DNA from: Saccostrea echinata
Lineage: Eukaryota
Direction: 5' to 3'
Length of the DNA: 64,000 nt
Assembly (NCBI RefSeq): GCF_033153115.1
Contig: NW_026889757.1
Coordinates: 5,394,001 to 5,458,000, forward strand
Below are positions 39,385 through 60,203 of this stretch, piece by piece. A program made the position numbers and the translations under genes. How positions within the stretch are numbered: position 1 is the first letter of the stretch; the number at the start of each line of letters is the position of its first letter. Under the pieces are notes generated by a model that saw nothing but the letters and a program-made list of their open reading frames with translations, searched no databases and was not told the DNA's origin.

Positions 39385-40620
39385 TGTTAACTCACCTCTG
39401 TCAAATGAGTTTTTCTGATCGAAGTTTGTCCGTCGTCGTTTGCCTGTCGGTCCATCTGTTAACTTTAAACATCCAGAACCAATATGCAAAATTTTCAACC
39501 GAACTTTGCCGAGGGGGTTCTTGCAATTGAGTAAGAGAATTTAAGTTTGCTCAAATGAAAAGGTATGTCTTCTTCCATAAGGAGATAATCAAGAACAATG
39601 TAAAAGGGTGGGATAATTTAAAAACCTTATCAGGAGATACTGGACAAGAAAAGATGAATGGCGACAACTTCCTCACATGGAGATTTAAATTTGTTCAAAC
39701 CACGACCTCCGGGGGGGGGGGGGGGTAAGGTGAGGCCACAACTGAGGATAAAAGTTATAAATTTGTATACATCTTGGCAGTATATACAAAAAAATCTTTG
39801 AAAATCTTCGCAAAAACAGCAACGGAGGTTATGACTAGTCATATTCATAAAGAATCATTCTCAATGACAATGGGAGATTAAAAATGCAGTCAAAAATCTT
39901 TTCAAGAACAGCAGGTTAACAATATACTGAGTAAATCATATACTAGTGATCATGCAAGCATTTCTAGATAGTGCAGATTCAAATTTATTCAAAACATGGT
40001 CCAGGAGTTAAGGGTGAGCCACAATTAGAGTTCAAATATTCACATGGAATATGTAGGAAAAATCTTCTTTTAAAAACCCTGTCTCAATTATAGTGCAACA
40101 ATGACATGTACTCATATTAATATGCTAGCAAACTAATATTGTGCAGATTCATATTGGTTCAGATCATGCTCCAAGGGGCTAGAATTGAGCTAAAATAAGA
40201 ATTCAAAATTTTACATGGAAATATACAGGAATTTTCTGTTTAGAATATCATGAATATTGGATTAATATTATACAGGAAATTCAAGAGAAGGATGGCGACA
40301 CTAAATCATATTGGTATGCAAACATTCACATCGTACGGATTCAAGGGATACAATCTAGGAATTCATAAAATAATACACGAATAAATGAAGCAAATGCCTT
40401 TTAAAAATCTCCAACAAAACACCAAAACACAATAGTCGTTGATATTCGGAATCCTCATGTAGAGTGGATTCAATTTGGTTAAGTCATGACCCCTTGGGTC
40501 GTGGGGCCACGATATGGTGTCAGCATTTGTATGAAAATGTAGAGGGTAAAAATCTTTAAAAAATCTTTTGAAGAAGACCAGGACAATGGTGGCTCAGGTG
40601 AGCTTTGAGGCCCTTGAATT
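39385..40620 (+). mobile_element. Decayed HINE with ~160-170-bp satellite units
   Basis: 5' box TTAACTCACC..ATGAGTTTTTCTGATC; units ..GTGCAGATTCAAATTTG..CATGACCC..GGGGCCAC; 3' box GCTCAGGTGAGC. Confidence 0.65.
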
Positions 40621-42800
40621 TGTATACATCTCTATGTAATGTAATGGAGCTTACCAGAGCTTCTGGCCATGTCGCTTTAATACGCACAACTCTGTAACAA
40701 GTGCTGTTTCCACTATAGAACAAATGAGGACATGATGCACCACCTTAAAAGCAAGATAAAAACGCTTAATATTTGTATCTGTGGCAAACTGACATAAGGC
40801 ATGTAGTGATTCATCCTGATGTTTGTCCTAATCTCGGCTGAGATTCGGCTCAACTTGATATTTGGACTGATGCATTTATCGATTCTAGGGTCACTCCTTC
40901 AAATTTCTAGAAATTCACATACAACTTCGATTGGCTCTAGCAATTAATGGTCACTAGGTGACTGCCGTTCGATTCAGATAAGTGATTTGAATGTTTATCT
41001 CGATCCTGTTACTATATATATAATTGTTACATTGCTTAATGTGAAGGTATTTAAATCCTAAAATAAAAACAATAGCGATTTTATCAGTATACCGGTATAT
41101 CGTGATTTTTTTTATTGCATGATACGTATCGTGATACGAAGACAAAAGTACCGCCGGTATTTAGTTAATAATCATAAAATTCAGAAATAATTCATTTATT
41201 TGTTCAGACTTTTAAATTGAAGTGCAAAACATATTTTAACATAGAAAAACTAACGGCATCCTAGCACCCAAAAAAGTAAACTTATGTTTTTACAGCATAT
41301 TTGAAAGAAAAACCCTGGAAACCCCTTTGAAATCATAATAAATATTGCTTGTAAAAATATCGTTATCGTGATATTTTGGGGGAAAATCATGATATACCCG
41401 GCATTGCGGTACGATTTTTTTTTAAAAATAATGTTACCAAGAATGGAAAATGTTTAATTTTCCTAATTTCCTATTTGTGATATAATATTGAAATCTTTAG
41501 TGGTAGCTTCTTTCAGGCAGTTAAATTGCATGGTGACCATAACTGAAAGTCGGAATGCTGGATTATAGATTTCAGTTTTTGGAATCTACATAAAAGGTAC
41601 AAATCCAAGTAAACTAAATACTTTTCAGATTTTTTTGTACATGTATTTTATACAATTTCAAGAGAAACACTTTATTTTAGAATAGTTTTGAAATGTAAAA
41701 ATTTAGACCCCATCATTACTTTTAAAAACTGCCTTTCGTTTTCGGTATTATTGCTATAGCAACCAATAAAATATCACATTCTTCCTTAAAATATGTGACA
41801 ATGATTTTTATAATTTGGTTACATTTCAACTTGCACTTTTTAAAGACAGCTCATAAAAATGAATGAATAAAACAACTGATTTTCAATACATTGTTTCCAT
41901 GATAAGACATATTATCCATGATTTCCCAAAGATTTTTATGACACATATAAAAAATATAGTCTTCGACGTTTGGAAAAAAAAAAAGGCACTGTCACTTTTC
42001 TGCATACTTGCAAACGTTGGTAATGGGACTAAATATGTTCAAAGATGCTCCCTTGTCAAATTTCAGGGCATATTGCAATGGTAGCCATGAAATATAACAA
42101 CCAGTTTTTGCCTGTTATGAATCCATGGTATCAAATAATACTTTAACATAGCAAGTTTGAAAAAATTCTGCGATTACGCTTGTTACGGCTCGAATATTCG
42201 AGTTAAATTAATTACAGAGAATGGCACATTATTTTATTTCTAAAACTATGATCAATAAATATGTAGATCTGATGGAGTAACACAACGCCTTTCACGTTCT
42301 TACCTATTCCATGAGGAGCTCCAATATCTTGGCGTTGCTGAACCACGTGAGCTAAAAAAAAATTCATTTAAAAACGCAATGTATTTGACAGTACTGTTAA
42401 CAGAAATTGAAACATCTCAGCTCAATACATACCTCCAAACGATAAACCAAAACAGACAAAAACTAGAAACAGTTTACATTCCATATTGATCGACTTCTTA
42501 TATTTAATTCGTTATCTTGGAATCTAGTTCGAGGTTATGAATATCTTCTAGTCCCCATTTCTTATTATTCCGCAAAAAAAGAAATATTTTATTTTAGATC
42601 CTATTTGTTTATTTTTCAGTTTGCCCATAAAACAAACGTAAATCATATATATCAGAAAGTCAAGAAAGGATTTCTGTGAACTCTTACAGATATGTGTATT
42701 ATCCTAGGCAGGAAGAAATGGATGTGATCGAGGATTCGGTAAAAGACTTAATTATATTTTGAGGAGGATTCAGTTGAAGATGCTGATGCTTGGTATATCA

Positions 42801-42815
42801 TTTTTAGCTCACCTT

Positions 42816-42849
<34 letters not shown>

Positions 42850-44496
42850 AGAGTGCCCGGCGTCTGTCGTCCGTCGTCTGTAAACTTTTCACATTTTCGA
42901 CAGGAAGTGACACGTCCTATTACAAAGGGAGATAATTATCGGTAAGAATTCATGATAATTTGGTGCCATCTTTTAGAAATCCTTCTCAGGAACCACTGGG
43001 CAAGAAAAGATGAAATTTGAATTAAAGCTTCTTTACATCCTCTAGATTCAAATTTGTTCATATCATAACCCCCGGAGGAACGGCGGGGCTGCAAGAGGGG
43101 GTCGAAGTTTTACATAAGAATATATGGGAAATGTCTTTAAATTTTTTCTCCTCGAGAACAGCAAAGCCATGATTAGTCATATTATTATAGAAGTATCCTC
43201 ATGTAGTGTAGATTCAAATTTGTTCCAATCATGACCCCTGGGGGTAAGGCAGGGCCACAACAGAGGGTCAAAGTTTTACATAAGAATATATAGGAAATAA
43301 CTTTGGAAATCTCCAGCAAAGCCATTATTAGTCATACCGATATTATTATAGAAGTATCCTCAGGTAGTGTAGATTCGGGTTTGTTCAAATCATGACCCCT
43401 GGGGATTGGGCGCAGAAATAACAGGGGGTCAAGTTTTTACATAATAATATACATGTATAGGATATATCTTTAAAAATTTTTCCTCTCAAGTTAAGCCATT
43501 ATTAGTCATATTAATACAGAAGTATTCTCAGGTGTTGTAAATTCTAGTTTGTTCAAATCATGACCCCCGGGGGTATACCGGCGCCATAACAGTGGGCCAG
43601 AGTTTTACATGGGAATATATAGGTGTAATAGTTTTAAAGGGGCATTTGCGTAAAACGCATTGAAGGAATGGCCTGACAACCCTTGGAATAGACTAGGCAA
43701 ATGGTATATAAGGCAAAACTATAGGAAAGTTAGGCAAAAATAAGCTAGGTGAGGAAGTTGGCCATTGAATCAGCAATAAAAGAGTTAAGGGTAAGAGCAA
43801 AATAAAAGTTATGAGCACCAGTGGTAAGTATCCTAGGGAACTGATGTTAAGTTCTGGTTGTAGTAAATCTGAAGAAGATTGAGACACCTGGTTCTTATCA
43901 ATCAGTAGGAACCTTGGGGAGAAACACTGTGCAAGTAGTACTTTACCCAGTCCCCATCTCTAGATAAGAGAAAAATTTTAATACTGTGTGATTTATTTTA
44001 CCCTCGGACAGAACAGTCTTAATAATCATTCCAATCATTAACTTAGACAGAGTAAAAGGAAAATCTGTATATATCTTGTAAGAACCTGATCATACATATT
44101 ACATGAGAAATATCTTTGAAAATCTTCTTATTAGTCATATTTATACAATCATATACGGTATCTGCTCAAGAACAGCAAAGCCTAATTAGTCATATTATTA
44201 AAAAGGCATCCTCGGGTAGTGTAGATTCAAATTTGTTCAAATTTAGGGTGGGTAGGATGGGGCCACAACGAGAGATCAGAGTTTTACATAGGAATGTATA
44301 AGGGAAAAAATCTATAAAATTCTTCTGCTAAAGAACAGCAAAGCCATGATTAGTAATATTGATATGGAAGCATCCTGAGGTAGTGTAAATTTAAGTTTGT
44401 CCCCTTCCCCCGTAAACTTTTCAATACTGAACTGATTTCTGACGTTTTTACAAGCCAATGTGCTCAGGTGAAGATGTGGCCCATGGACCTCTTGTT
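42801..44496 (+). mobile_element. HINE with ~165-bp satellite units
   Basis: 5' TTTTTAGCTCACCTTAGCCGAAGGCTCAAGTGAGCTTTTCTGATCA; (CGTC) microsatellite; repeated GTAGTGTAGATTCAAATTTGTTCAAATCATGACCCC; 3' GCTCAGGTGA..GGCCCATGGACCTCTTGTT. Confidence 0.8.
43624..44103 (+). mobile_element. Candidate solo LTR inserted in a satellite unit
   Basis: 480-bp non-satellite insert with TGTAATA...TATTACA ends, an internal TATATAA and two AATAAA. The TSD is imperfect (TAGG/TGAG). Confidence 0.55.
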
Positions 44497-44825
44497 AAAA
44501 GTTTATTTGGTGGTGTGGACACACTGCAGAAAAATGACCCTCGAATTTTTATACATGTATGGTATCGGACAGGGCTTTTCTTGAACGTGATTTATTTTTA
44601 TCCTTGATATGATCTCTATAAGTTTCCCTCTCATTAATAATTATATTAAAGTCTATTTATTTGTAAATGAAGCTTGAAAACAGTTCTATTTCATATTCAC
44701 AGAATATGAAAGATAGTATGTTACGTTTCTTAAGTTTGTGCAGGTCATTAATATTTATGTGTAAATAACACACTGTATTGTGTGATTTAGCCATTTCACT
44801 GGAATGTAAATATAATAATTAATTT

Positions 44826-45150
44826 ATCTATTTCAGTGCAAAATAATGTTTCTATAAATCGATATCAGTGTAATGTTTTATTAATCTCTTTTGAACAGTG
44901 TATTGCTTGTATTGATCTATTGCAGAATAATGTTTATATAATCTTTTTCAATGTAATGTTTGTATCATAATGACATTATAGAAATGTGAGTATTGATCTT
45001 TACTTTGTAATGTTTGTATAAATCTGTTTCATTGCAATGTGTGCATTGTTCTATTTCAATGTAATGCTTGTATTAATCTATTCCAGTGTGATGTATATAT
45101 TGAACTATACCAGCGATTTTTTTGTATATCTCAATTTAATGTATGTATAA
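44826..45150 (+). repeat. Degenerate ~27-bp minisatellite (AATGTAATGTTTGTATAAATCTATTTC-like)
   Basis: Repeated units, visible directly. Confidence 0.6.
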
Positions 45151-45164
45151 ATTATTCTATATAT

Positions 45165-45443
45165 AGTCATATTATTAGTAGAAGCATCCTCAGGTAGTGT
45201 AGATTCAAATTTAGGGTGGGGCCACAATGAGCGATCAGAGTTTTACATAGGAATACATAGGGAAAAATCGTTAAAATTCTTCTACTCAAGAACAGCAAAG
45301 CCGTGATCAGTAATATTGATATGGAAGCATCCTGAGGTAGTGTAAATTTAAGTCCCCCCGTAAACTTTTTAATACTGACTGATTTCTGTCTTCTCTTAGC
45401 CAATTTGCTCAGGTGAGCGATGTGGCCCATTGGCCTCTTGATT
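45165..45443 (+). mobile_element. Duplicated 3' end of the HINE
   Basis: Similar to 44188-44496. Confidence 0.7.
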
Positions 45444-48089
45444 TTAAAATGTAATACCAGCTCTTAAATGCTGGAATCTTGCATTCAATGCAAAAAAAAA
45501 AAAAACAAACAAACAAACAAACAAAACAAAACAAAACAAAAAAAAAAACAAAACAAAACAAAACAAAAAAAAACATTTTTCGATTAAATCACTAATCTGA
45601 CAGGTTTTTTTTTTTTTAAGAAAAAAAAATTATAATTAAATTCATAACAGAATCGGCATGAAACAAAAATTAGTTATTCAACTTAAATATGATAAAATAA
45701 ATACTACTAAATAAATGTATATGGAAAATACTAGTATGTTAAAGTCGTTTAGGTTAATTAGGTTAAGGTTGAGCGACACTATTTAAAAATTGAGAATCAG
45801 TCTAAGAACTCGATTTATTTGTGTTGTCTTTCATTAAACCAATTCCTTTTGTTGATACACGATAGACCGTTACAGAGATGTAATGGGGACCGTGGTCTTT
45901 GAATGACAATACCCGCAGAGTGCGGTCTTTAGAGCAACCCAAAGCATGTGTTTCCTTAACAAGAGAACAATCCAAGATTCCCAAACCCGAACAGTAAACT
46001 CCGTTAATCAAATAATACAATTATAATAGACAAAAGTGAAACTCATAGCACTCGATAAAATCAGCCTCTAAAGAACATAGTTTAATAAACACTTTTTGAC
46101 TTAACGGTAAATAGCCGAATCTTTAATCAATTAAATCCATGAATACCTTGCCAGGTACTGGTTTAAAATCAGGCCAGGTACAGAGTGGTCATTTCCTCTG
46201 TTACACTCACAGTCCTCAAAACTGGATAAATTATGTATGTCTGCATGAATTTTTTTATATGTCTCGTATTCCTCAAGTTATTTCGAATTCATGCACTTCT
46301 TTATTCGCAAACTACAACATTTCACCAAGTTATGCAGTAGTATTTGTATAACGTGTTCATAAATAAACGCTCCATACTTTCTCACTGAGAGAAATCAAGG
46401 ATTTTTTTTTCTTAAAAATTACAAATGCATTCCATTGTTTGAAATCTTTCCTTGGAAAAAATCAGTTCTTCAACCTGCATCGAAATCATTTATTATAAGC
46501 ATCTTTGAAGCTTTAGTAGCATTTTGTAAATCTTTCTCCGAGTCAGAATTCTTCTCCCTGTGAACGCAACATGATACTATGCTTAATTATCTTCTCATTA
46601 TCCCCCCACCCCCACCCCCACCCCCAAAAAAAGAAAAGAAAGAGAAATATATAAATAACCAGTAAATAAATCATATGTGTAAATGAATAAAATGAATGAA
46701 GAAATAATCATGTACATAATATTATTTATTAACAAATATAAACTATTGCTTGTAAATAAATACAAGTAAAAATATTCATTACATTTACATTTTCGAAGAT
46801 TACAAGGAATTCACGTATAGTATTTCACTCAGTTCGCTCGCTGCTCACTAAAATCCGTTCTCTCATGATCAGCGTGGCATCTCCTTCCCTCGCTCACTGT
46901 TCACGCATTCGGTCACCATTCGCTTAGCGTTGAGGTTCGTTTCTTTGACACAAAGAAAGAACTTTGTTGATATGGAAGCTCGTGAGGAGAATTCAAATGA
47001 TTTCTAAGTAGAGATTGCATTCCAAAACTTGTGTTTATTTGAAAACTCTACCAAATCTTAATCGGGAGATTTATGAGAGACACCAAACGTTCGAATTTTT
47101 ATACATAACTCAATAGTATGGACATATGATTCTGTTGTGCCTACGTCAGTTCCTTCCTTCTTCTGGTCCATGTTCGTTTATCAGACCTAAATTATTATTT
47201 ATTTCCTCAAATAAAATTTACTTCACGACTAGACTGTGTTTGAATAGATAGAGTGTCCGTTCGCTTCCAAGAGCTCTGATTATATGGTATTTTTATCTAG
47301 TTTGAGTAATCTGCCCTTATATATAAAATTAAATAAACTGAAATTTACAGTCTATTACTCAATTTGTAATTAATACAAGCATTCTTAATATTTGAATAGT
47401 CAAAGATAATTAAACTGAACACTTTTATTTGCATGCATTTTCCCACCTAAGTAAATAACAGTGATTTCTGTTCATCAATATTTCAATGTTTTTGAATATT
47501 TTTTCTGGGGGAAAATGCCACGTACCCTATGTTGAAAATGAAATATATAAGCTCAATATTTATACCTTTACACAATATAATTTCTGAATGTCCAAAAACC
47601 ATTTTGCTTTAGTGTATAGAGGGTCCTCTAAAGATATTGACACTCTTTGATACATAACATAACCTAAACTTGCTCGGGATTCAAGATCATTGTTACAGGA
47701 TACTAGTAACTAAAAAGATGTTAGATTTTTTCCCTGATGAGTTTTTGACTATTTACAAAGGATTTGCCCTCATTTTAAAATGAATGATTAAAGGAAATCA
47801 GAATTTGAAAACCTAAAAAAATAATGCTTATCAAGCCAAGTGCCATGATAAATAAAAGAGACATATTATACTAGTATGCTCTAGATTTATTATCCAGTAA
47901 TTTCGCGAGAAGCAGCACTTGCGAGCTAAATTACTAAGGTTTTATTTTTTTTTTTTTAGATTGCTTCGACCGAGCCATTTCGCGATATTGGATACTCGTG
48001 TAAGATAATGAATATTTACAAAAAGACAACGGATCTAGTGATGTGGACATTTTACTTATATATGTACAGTTTTTATTTATTTATTCATT

Positions 48090-48137
<48 letters not shown>

Positions 48138-49471
48138 TATTTAAACTTCTTCTAGGACAAGACATCAGTTTGGCGACTTCGTTTCCTTAATCATTTCTAG
48201 CAAATAAATGCGAAGAGAAAGATGAGTATTATTAATGGATGTCAAATTCTTTATGAAAAAAGAGAAGAAAGAAGTTAAAAGATCAATGTTTAAGGATAAT
48301 ATCTAGAAAAGGACACTTCTAGGGCTATCGGAATGTTTGTTATAATCGTATAAACAATTTGCATAATGTATATTAGCATTATTTAAAAGAGATATGTTAT
48401 TGATATCATATAAGTAAGTTTTAGTTGATCAAAATCCCAGACAGACATAGTTTAACAAAATCCCAGACATCTATAGCTATTTTAGATATTATACTGTGTG
48501 CATAATACAAGGAATTTCCTATTAAAAAACAAAATGCATATGTTCATTTTATATATAAGTTGTAACAAATGCCGGGGATGAGAAACATGTTTTATGATTA
48601 CCTATGACTATCAAACATGTTCAATATTCAGCTACATGTACAAGTATTTCATCTCTATTACCAAAAGTGTTAATTGAACAAAATAAAGCCGACATTAATA
48701 AATAAAAAATTATATTTTTCCCTACATTTTTTCTTGAATTATATATGGAAGTGAGAACTTGAGGTTTTTTTTTTAGTTGTAGATAGCAAACAGGAGGAAA
48801 AAATCCCCATCTGATGCCTGAACAGTTTGTGAAATACGTGAACAATGATCTTTTGACAATCTTTCCTCGCTAATTTTCTCGACTTTACCACAATGAAATC
48901 TATTTTATGGGATTCCGTAGGTGTTTATAGTGCAATGTTTACTTTCGAAGACAAAAATCAACAAATCTATTGCGGACCACGGGTAGATGCACAGAAGGTG
49001 AGAATGGCGACACATGCCTTAAATTAACGGGTTTTCATCAAAATCTTACATTGTTTGATGTAACAGTTAGTCTCCATCGCATGAATAAGGAACCTCATAA
49101 TGCGCTTAATAGACCTACAGAAAAGTAAATTAACCAAAACATCACCAAAAGTCACATCAAACAGACACCCCGACTTCTTTCTCGGTAAATCCAAACACAA
49201 TCACAAAACATACTCGGAAATATTTATTTAAACTCAAATATTACTTTCTCTACCATGTGTTTACCCATTCAATAATATACATTGAACTTCCATTGTTAAC
49301 GTCGCACGCGATTGGTTAAGAAAAATTCCACAACACGCGCCCAGTTGCAGCGTTCGCGTGCTTTGTGTTTGTGGGCGTTACCCTCTTGAACTAAAATTAT
49401 AAACTCGATCGCATATTGTTATAAAATGAAATCATGGTTTTCTTGAATATCATTATCCAACTTTAAGCAGT

Positions 49472-55929
<6,458 letters not shown>

Positions 55930-57086
55930 ACAGACGCAATCTTAGTTGTGTTACTGAGCATTACAGTATTATAGTCAATTTATTTATTGTTATTTATTGT
56001 ATTTTTTTATTTTGAAGTGCTCTACTCGTGCTTTTGTATTAATATATTTTATAATCTTGAATTCGAAAAAAAAAAGTTGACAGAAAGTCACTTAAGAAAG
56101 TTTTTCTTATAAAATGGATAACTTCTTAACAACAAATTGAAAGTTTCCATTTAATCGAATGTGTCAAATAGTGAGTCAGCGGATATGAAAGCGATTCGTT
56201 TTTCTTTTTATAATGAAATATTTTGAGATTGAAAAAAAAAAAATAAAATCTTTGACAAATGAAACTGTTAATTAATTCTCCACTCTTTGAAACCCAGTTT
56301 CTCAGCAAGAACCAGCTGGACCTTCACAGGAACACCTTGTCAATATATTGAGAATGAAACTCTTCTCTGATCCCTATTCGAGTATTTATGTACAGAAATG
56401 CGAAGCATGGTAATTATCTAAAATCCTAGAATAATGAATTTACCTGATTTTGTTTGCTCAATATGAAATCGTATCCAATTAATTACTGTATTGACGAGGG
56501 CTTAGAAAAGGATTGGTGGCACACCGTTGTTATCAGTAATTAGTAAGGGGTACTCAAAGAAAATCAGCAGTTACTGGTCGATACCGGCGTCTCTGTAGTG
56601 TGTGCACATCGTTTGTTTTTGTGCAATTCTATGCAAGAAGTAAAGTCTGGGCATATTCTGCTATGTGTAATCCCTTTGTTCTTGTGTCAAAATCTAGATT
56701 TTATTTTTTTTGTTGAAGTCTTCTTTTCTTTTAAATCAATCTTGCTCTGTTGATGAACAATTGATAAAATGGGATATTACATGTAATTTAACGGAAAGGA
56801 ATAGAACAAGGTCATTACTTACTTCAATGCAGAGTGCATGGTTAGCGAAGTGGAAACTTAAAAAATTCTTTTCAGTGTAAAGTCCTGTACTGGACTGACG
56901 CAAATATACTATAGTAGTAGTTATGTGTACGAATATCTGAAATTGCATGCGTATTAATCTTATAAATTATGGATGTGACAAAAAGGATTTTAGAGATTAT
57001 CTGTTTTCAAGGAAACATTTTGATTGCACCCTTATATGGTCATTCTCGGCTAACTCCGATACACTCAATACAATCCTTGGAAGATA

Positions 57087-58018
57087 CGAGGGGTGATCAA
57101 AAAGTTCGCGATCTACATGTATCTCTATATTTACAAAACTACTATTCAGATCAGAATAAAATTTGGCACATATATAGTCATAAATATGTTCTATAAAAAG
57201 CAGATGTTACGTAATGTTTTGCTCCACGTTTGTGACGTCACAATGTGAAAATGACATCAATATGTAGATAACTTGTGTCAAAACATGAAAAACAACGAAA
57301 GGCTGTAAAGTTTAACGTATATCTTAAAAATTTCTTTGCAGTAGATTTAATAATTTGTACAAGGTTTATGAAGACAAATGGATTGCCAGAAGTTCAATCA
57401 TTAATTGGATTGATCGTTTTAGTGAAGGAAGGGAGATGGTTTAAAATGATGTTTGTTTTGGTGCCTAGTGAAAGTAAGCTTAGGAAGATATATGTCCTTA
57501 GTTGATCAATTTGTTATGAAAGATAGTCAAGTTACAATTAAAATATAGTTGAAGATCTTAAGAATATCATAATTATTAAATCCCTAAAACATCGTTTACT
57601 TTAGACTTTAAACATATCAGATATGATAAAAAGAAGGCGCCCATACTTTATCCACAATGGAAAAACAACGCACCCAAGACGGAGAAGTCGGGATGTGATG
57701 GTCACCATGCTCATTCTGGGAAAAGATATCCTTATCCACCCATCCTATTGCCGATATTTGGCCATTTGTGACAAATGAATTATTCTTGTTTTAAAAAATA
57801 ACTTGCATGTTAGAAAATATAAGACTCAGAAAAATCTTTTAGCTTCTGTGAACAGAACGCTACGGAGCATGTCACGTGACCGCCTAGATCACATGATTCG
57901 CGTATGGGCAGAACGGTGGCAGTTGTGCATTGAAATTGTAGAGAATAAACACCGAAACCTAAATTTATTTCTTAGGGAAGGTATCCGATTAGTTAGCGAA
58001 TTTTTTGATCACCCCTAG
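57087..58018 (+). mobile_element. Decayed, internally deleted mariner element
   Basis: TA|CGAGGGGTGATCAAAAAGTTCGC ... GCGAATTTTTTGATCACCCCTAG|TA; remnant HPSYCRYLAICD (mariner HPPYSPDLAPxD) and RWQLCIE. Confidence 0.8.
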
Positions 58019-59314
58019 TATAGAAATTCAATGTCATGTATTGATGCATGGCTTCACCGGAACTACCTTTTAACTTATTTTGCCTCCGCATTGCTTAAAG
58101 ACCCCTAAAATTCTTTTTCTACTGCCTCCTTGTATTATATTACTTTTAATTACAATCTTCTGTTATTTGAAAGCATGTGGAATAATTTTGAGGATCTTGA
58201 TCACATGATCGTATAAGCAAATTGATTGAACATCTAGTGTGCGAGGTACGGGCCGCGCGAGGAGCTCCGAGTGCTTTTATCATGTGGAAGCACGATGCTA
58301 GTGGGTTTGAATTCTAGTATTTATCTCCTTGCTTATAACATGTCAAGTAAATGCACTGATACTTCTTATTGGTAGGATGTCTGTTTATAACTAAGTGGGA
58401 GACGTAAAACTTTGAAACAAGTTATTTGATCAAAGTCAAGTTGAAATACAAAGTGTATTGATCAAAGTCAACTTGAAATACAAAGTGTATATTTTTTTGT
58501 CAATTTCAGTAATTGAGAAATATTAGAAACACATATTTGGTACAAACTTATCATATAACCGGAAGATAAGTCAAAACCTCGAAACAAACCCATTCAAAAA
58601 AGAAGTTAAATACGACAGGGTTGGAAGTTTAAAATCCCTATCTATACTCCAAAAGTTTTATTAAGAAACATAGAATTCACAAACAATGTAGCTACCTTAG
58701 GACGTCATAGACTCGAATTTAAGTATAAAATTCTTGTTTGAAACAGGAATTTGCAACTGAGAAAGATTGAAAGTTCACACTTGTTCAAAATAGCTTTCTA
58801 TCAGAGAATGTGTCACGACCTTTAACCAGCGTCATTTGTCAGGCCCGTAGGAAGCAATTTCACTGGGGATGGGGGGCACTACCATGCAAAACAATGTCAC
58901 CTTTGAGGGGCACAAGCATGAGAATTTTACAAGGTCAAGGTCACAAACGTTAGATATGCTATCGAATAACCTTTGACACAGATACTGCTTATGTTTACAC
59001 GTATGTTCATGCTTTATGTTTTGACCCTGCCTAAGGGTCATTTGTTCAAGACTTGGGTCAAAAAGATGGGACGTGAACAACATTATGTTGTCCATAGTTC
59101 TATAATTTGAAAACAGTACAAGGATAAAGTCTGCTTTAGAAATTAAGACGTAACATGATCCTGAATCAAGTTCTTTGAGGGTCAAAGAAGTATTAAGTTT
59201 CTGTATGCAGTATTTCTAAATATAAATTACTCTGTCCCTCGGGAAGAACCCCCTCCCCAAAGTAAGGACAGCTCTATCTTGGGCAGATTTATCAATAATC
59301 GTGTTACATAGTCA

Positions 59315-60203
59315 TTTTTATGCCCCCGGATCGAAAGATCCCGGGGGTATATTGTTTTTGTCCTGTCTGTCTGTTTGTCTGTCTGTCTGTTGTCAACTTT
59401 AACCTTGCCCATAACTTTTGATTGGTTAGAGCTATGACTTTCGTATTTCACATGTGTACTCCTAGTGACAAGACCTTTCTTTGGGTACCATCATATTTGA
59501 CCTTTTGACCTTGACCTTGGAGTTTGACCCACTTTTGCAAAATTTTATGAGACTTTAACCTTGGCCATAACTTCTGAGCAGTTGGTGCTTGGGGTTTCAA
59601 GCTTCACATGTGTATTCTTTGTGACAAGGCCTTCCTTTGGAAACCAACAACTTTGACCTTTTGACCTTGACCTTGGAGTTTGATCTACTTTTGAAAAACT
59701 TTAACCTTGGCCATTACTTTTGAACAGTTGGTGCTTGGGGCTTCAAACTTCACTTGTGTATTCTCTGTGACAAGGCCTTCCTTTGGATACCAACAACTTT
59801 GACCCTTTGACCTTGACCTTGGAGTTTGACCCTTTGACCTTGACATAGGAGTTTGACCTACTTTTGAAAAACTTTAACCTTGGCTATAACTTTTGAATGG
59901 TTGACGCTAGGGCTTTCATACATCTCAAATGCAATCCTTGTAACAAGACCTTTCTTTGGATACCAACCACTTTGACCTTGACGTTTTACTTACTTTTTAA
60001 AAAACTTAACCTTCGCCATAACATTTGAACAGCTGCAGCTAGGGCTTTCAAATTTCACATGTATATTTCTCGAGACAAGACCTTTCTTTGGGTACCAACA
60101 TTTTTTATCTTTTGGCCTGGGTTTTGACTTGCATTTGAGAAACTTTAACCTTCGACATAAGCTGTCATACAGGGGCATCAGTGTTTCACAAACACATCTT
60201 GTT
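59315..60203 (+). mobile_element. HINE, sister copy of 20432-21686 with fewer satellite units
   Basis: Same termini and the same first and last variant monomers. Confidence 0.85.
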
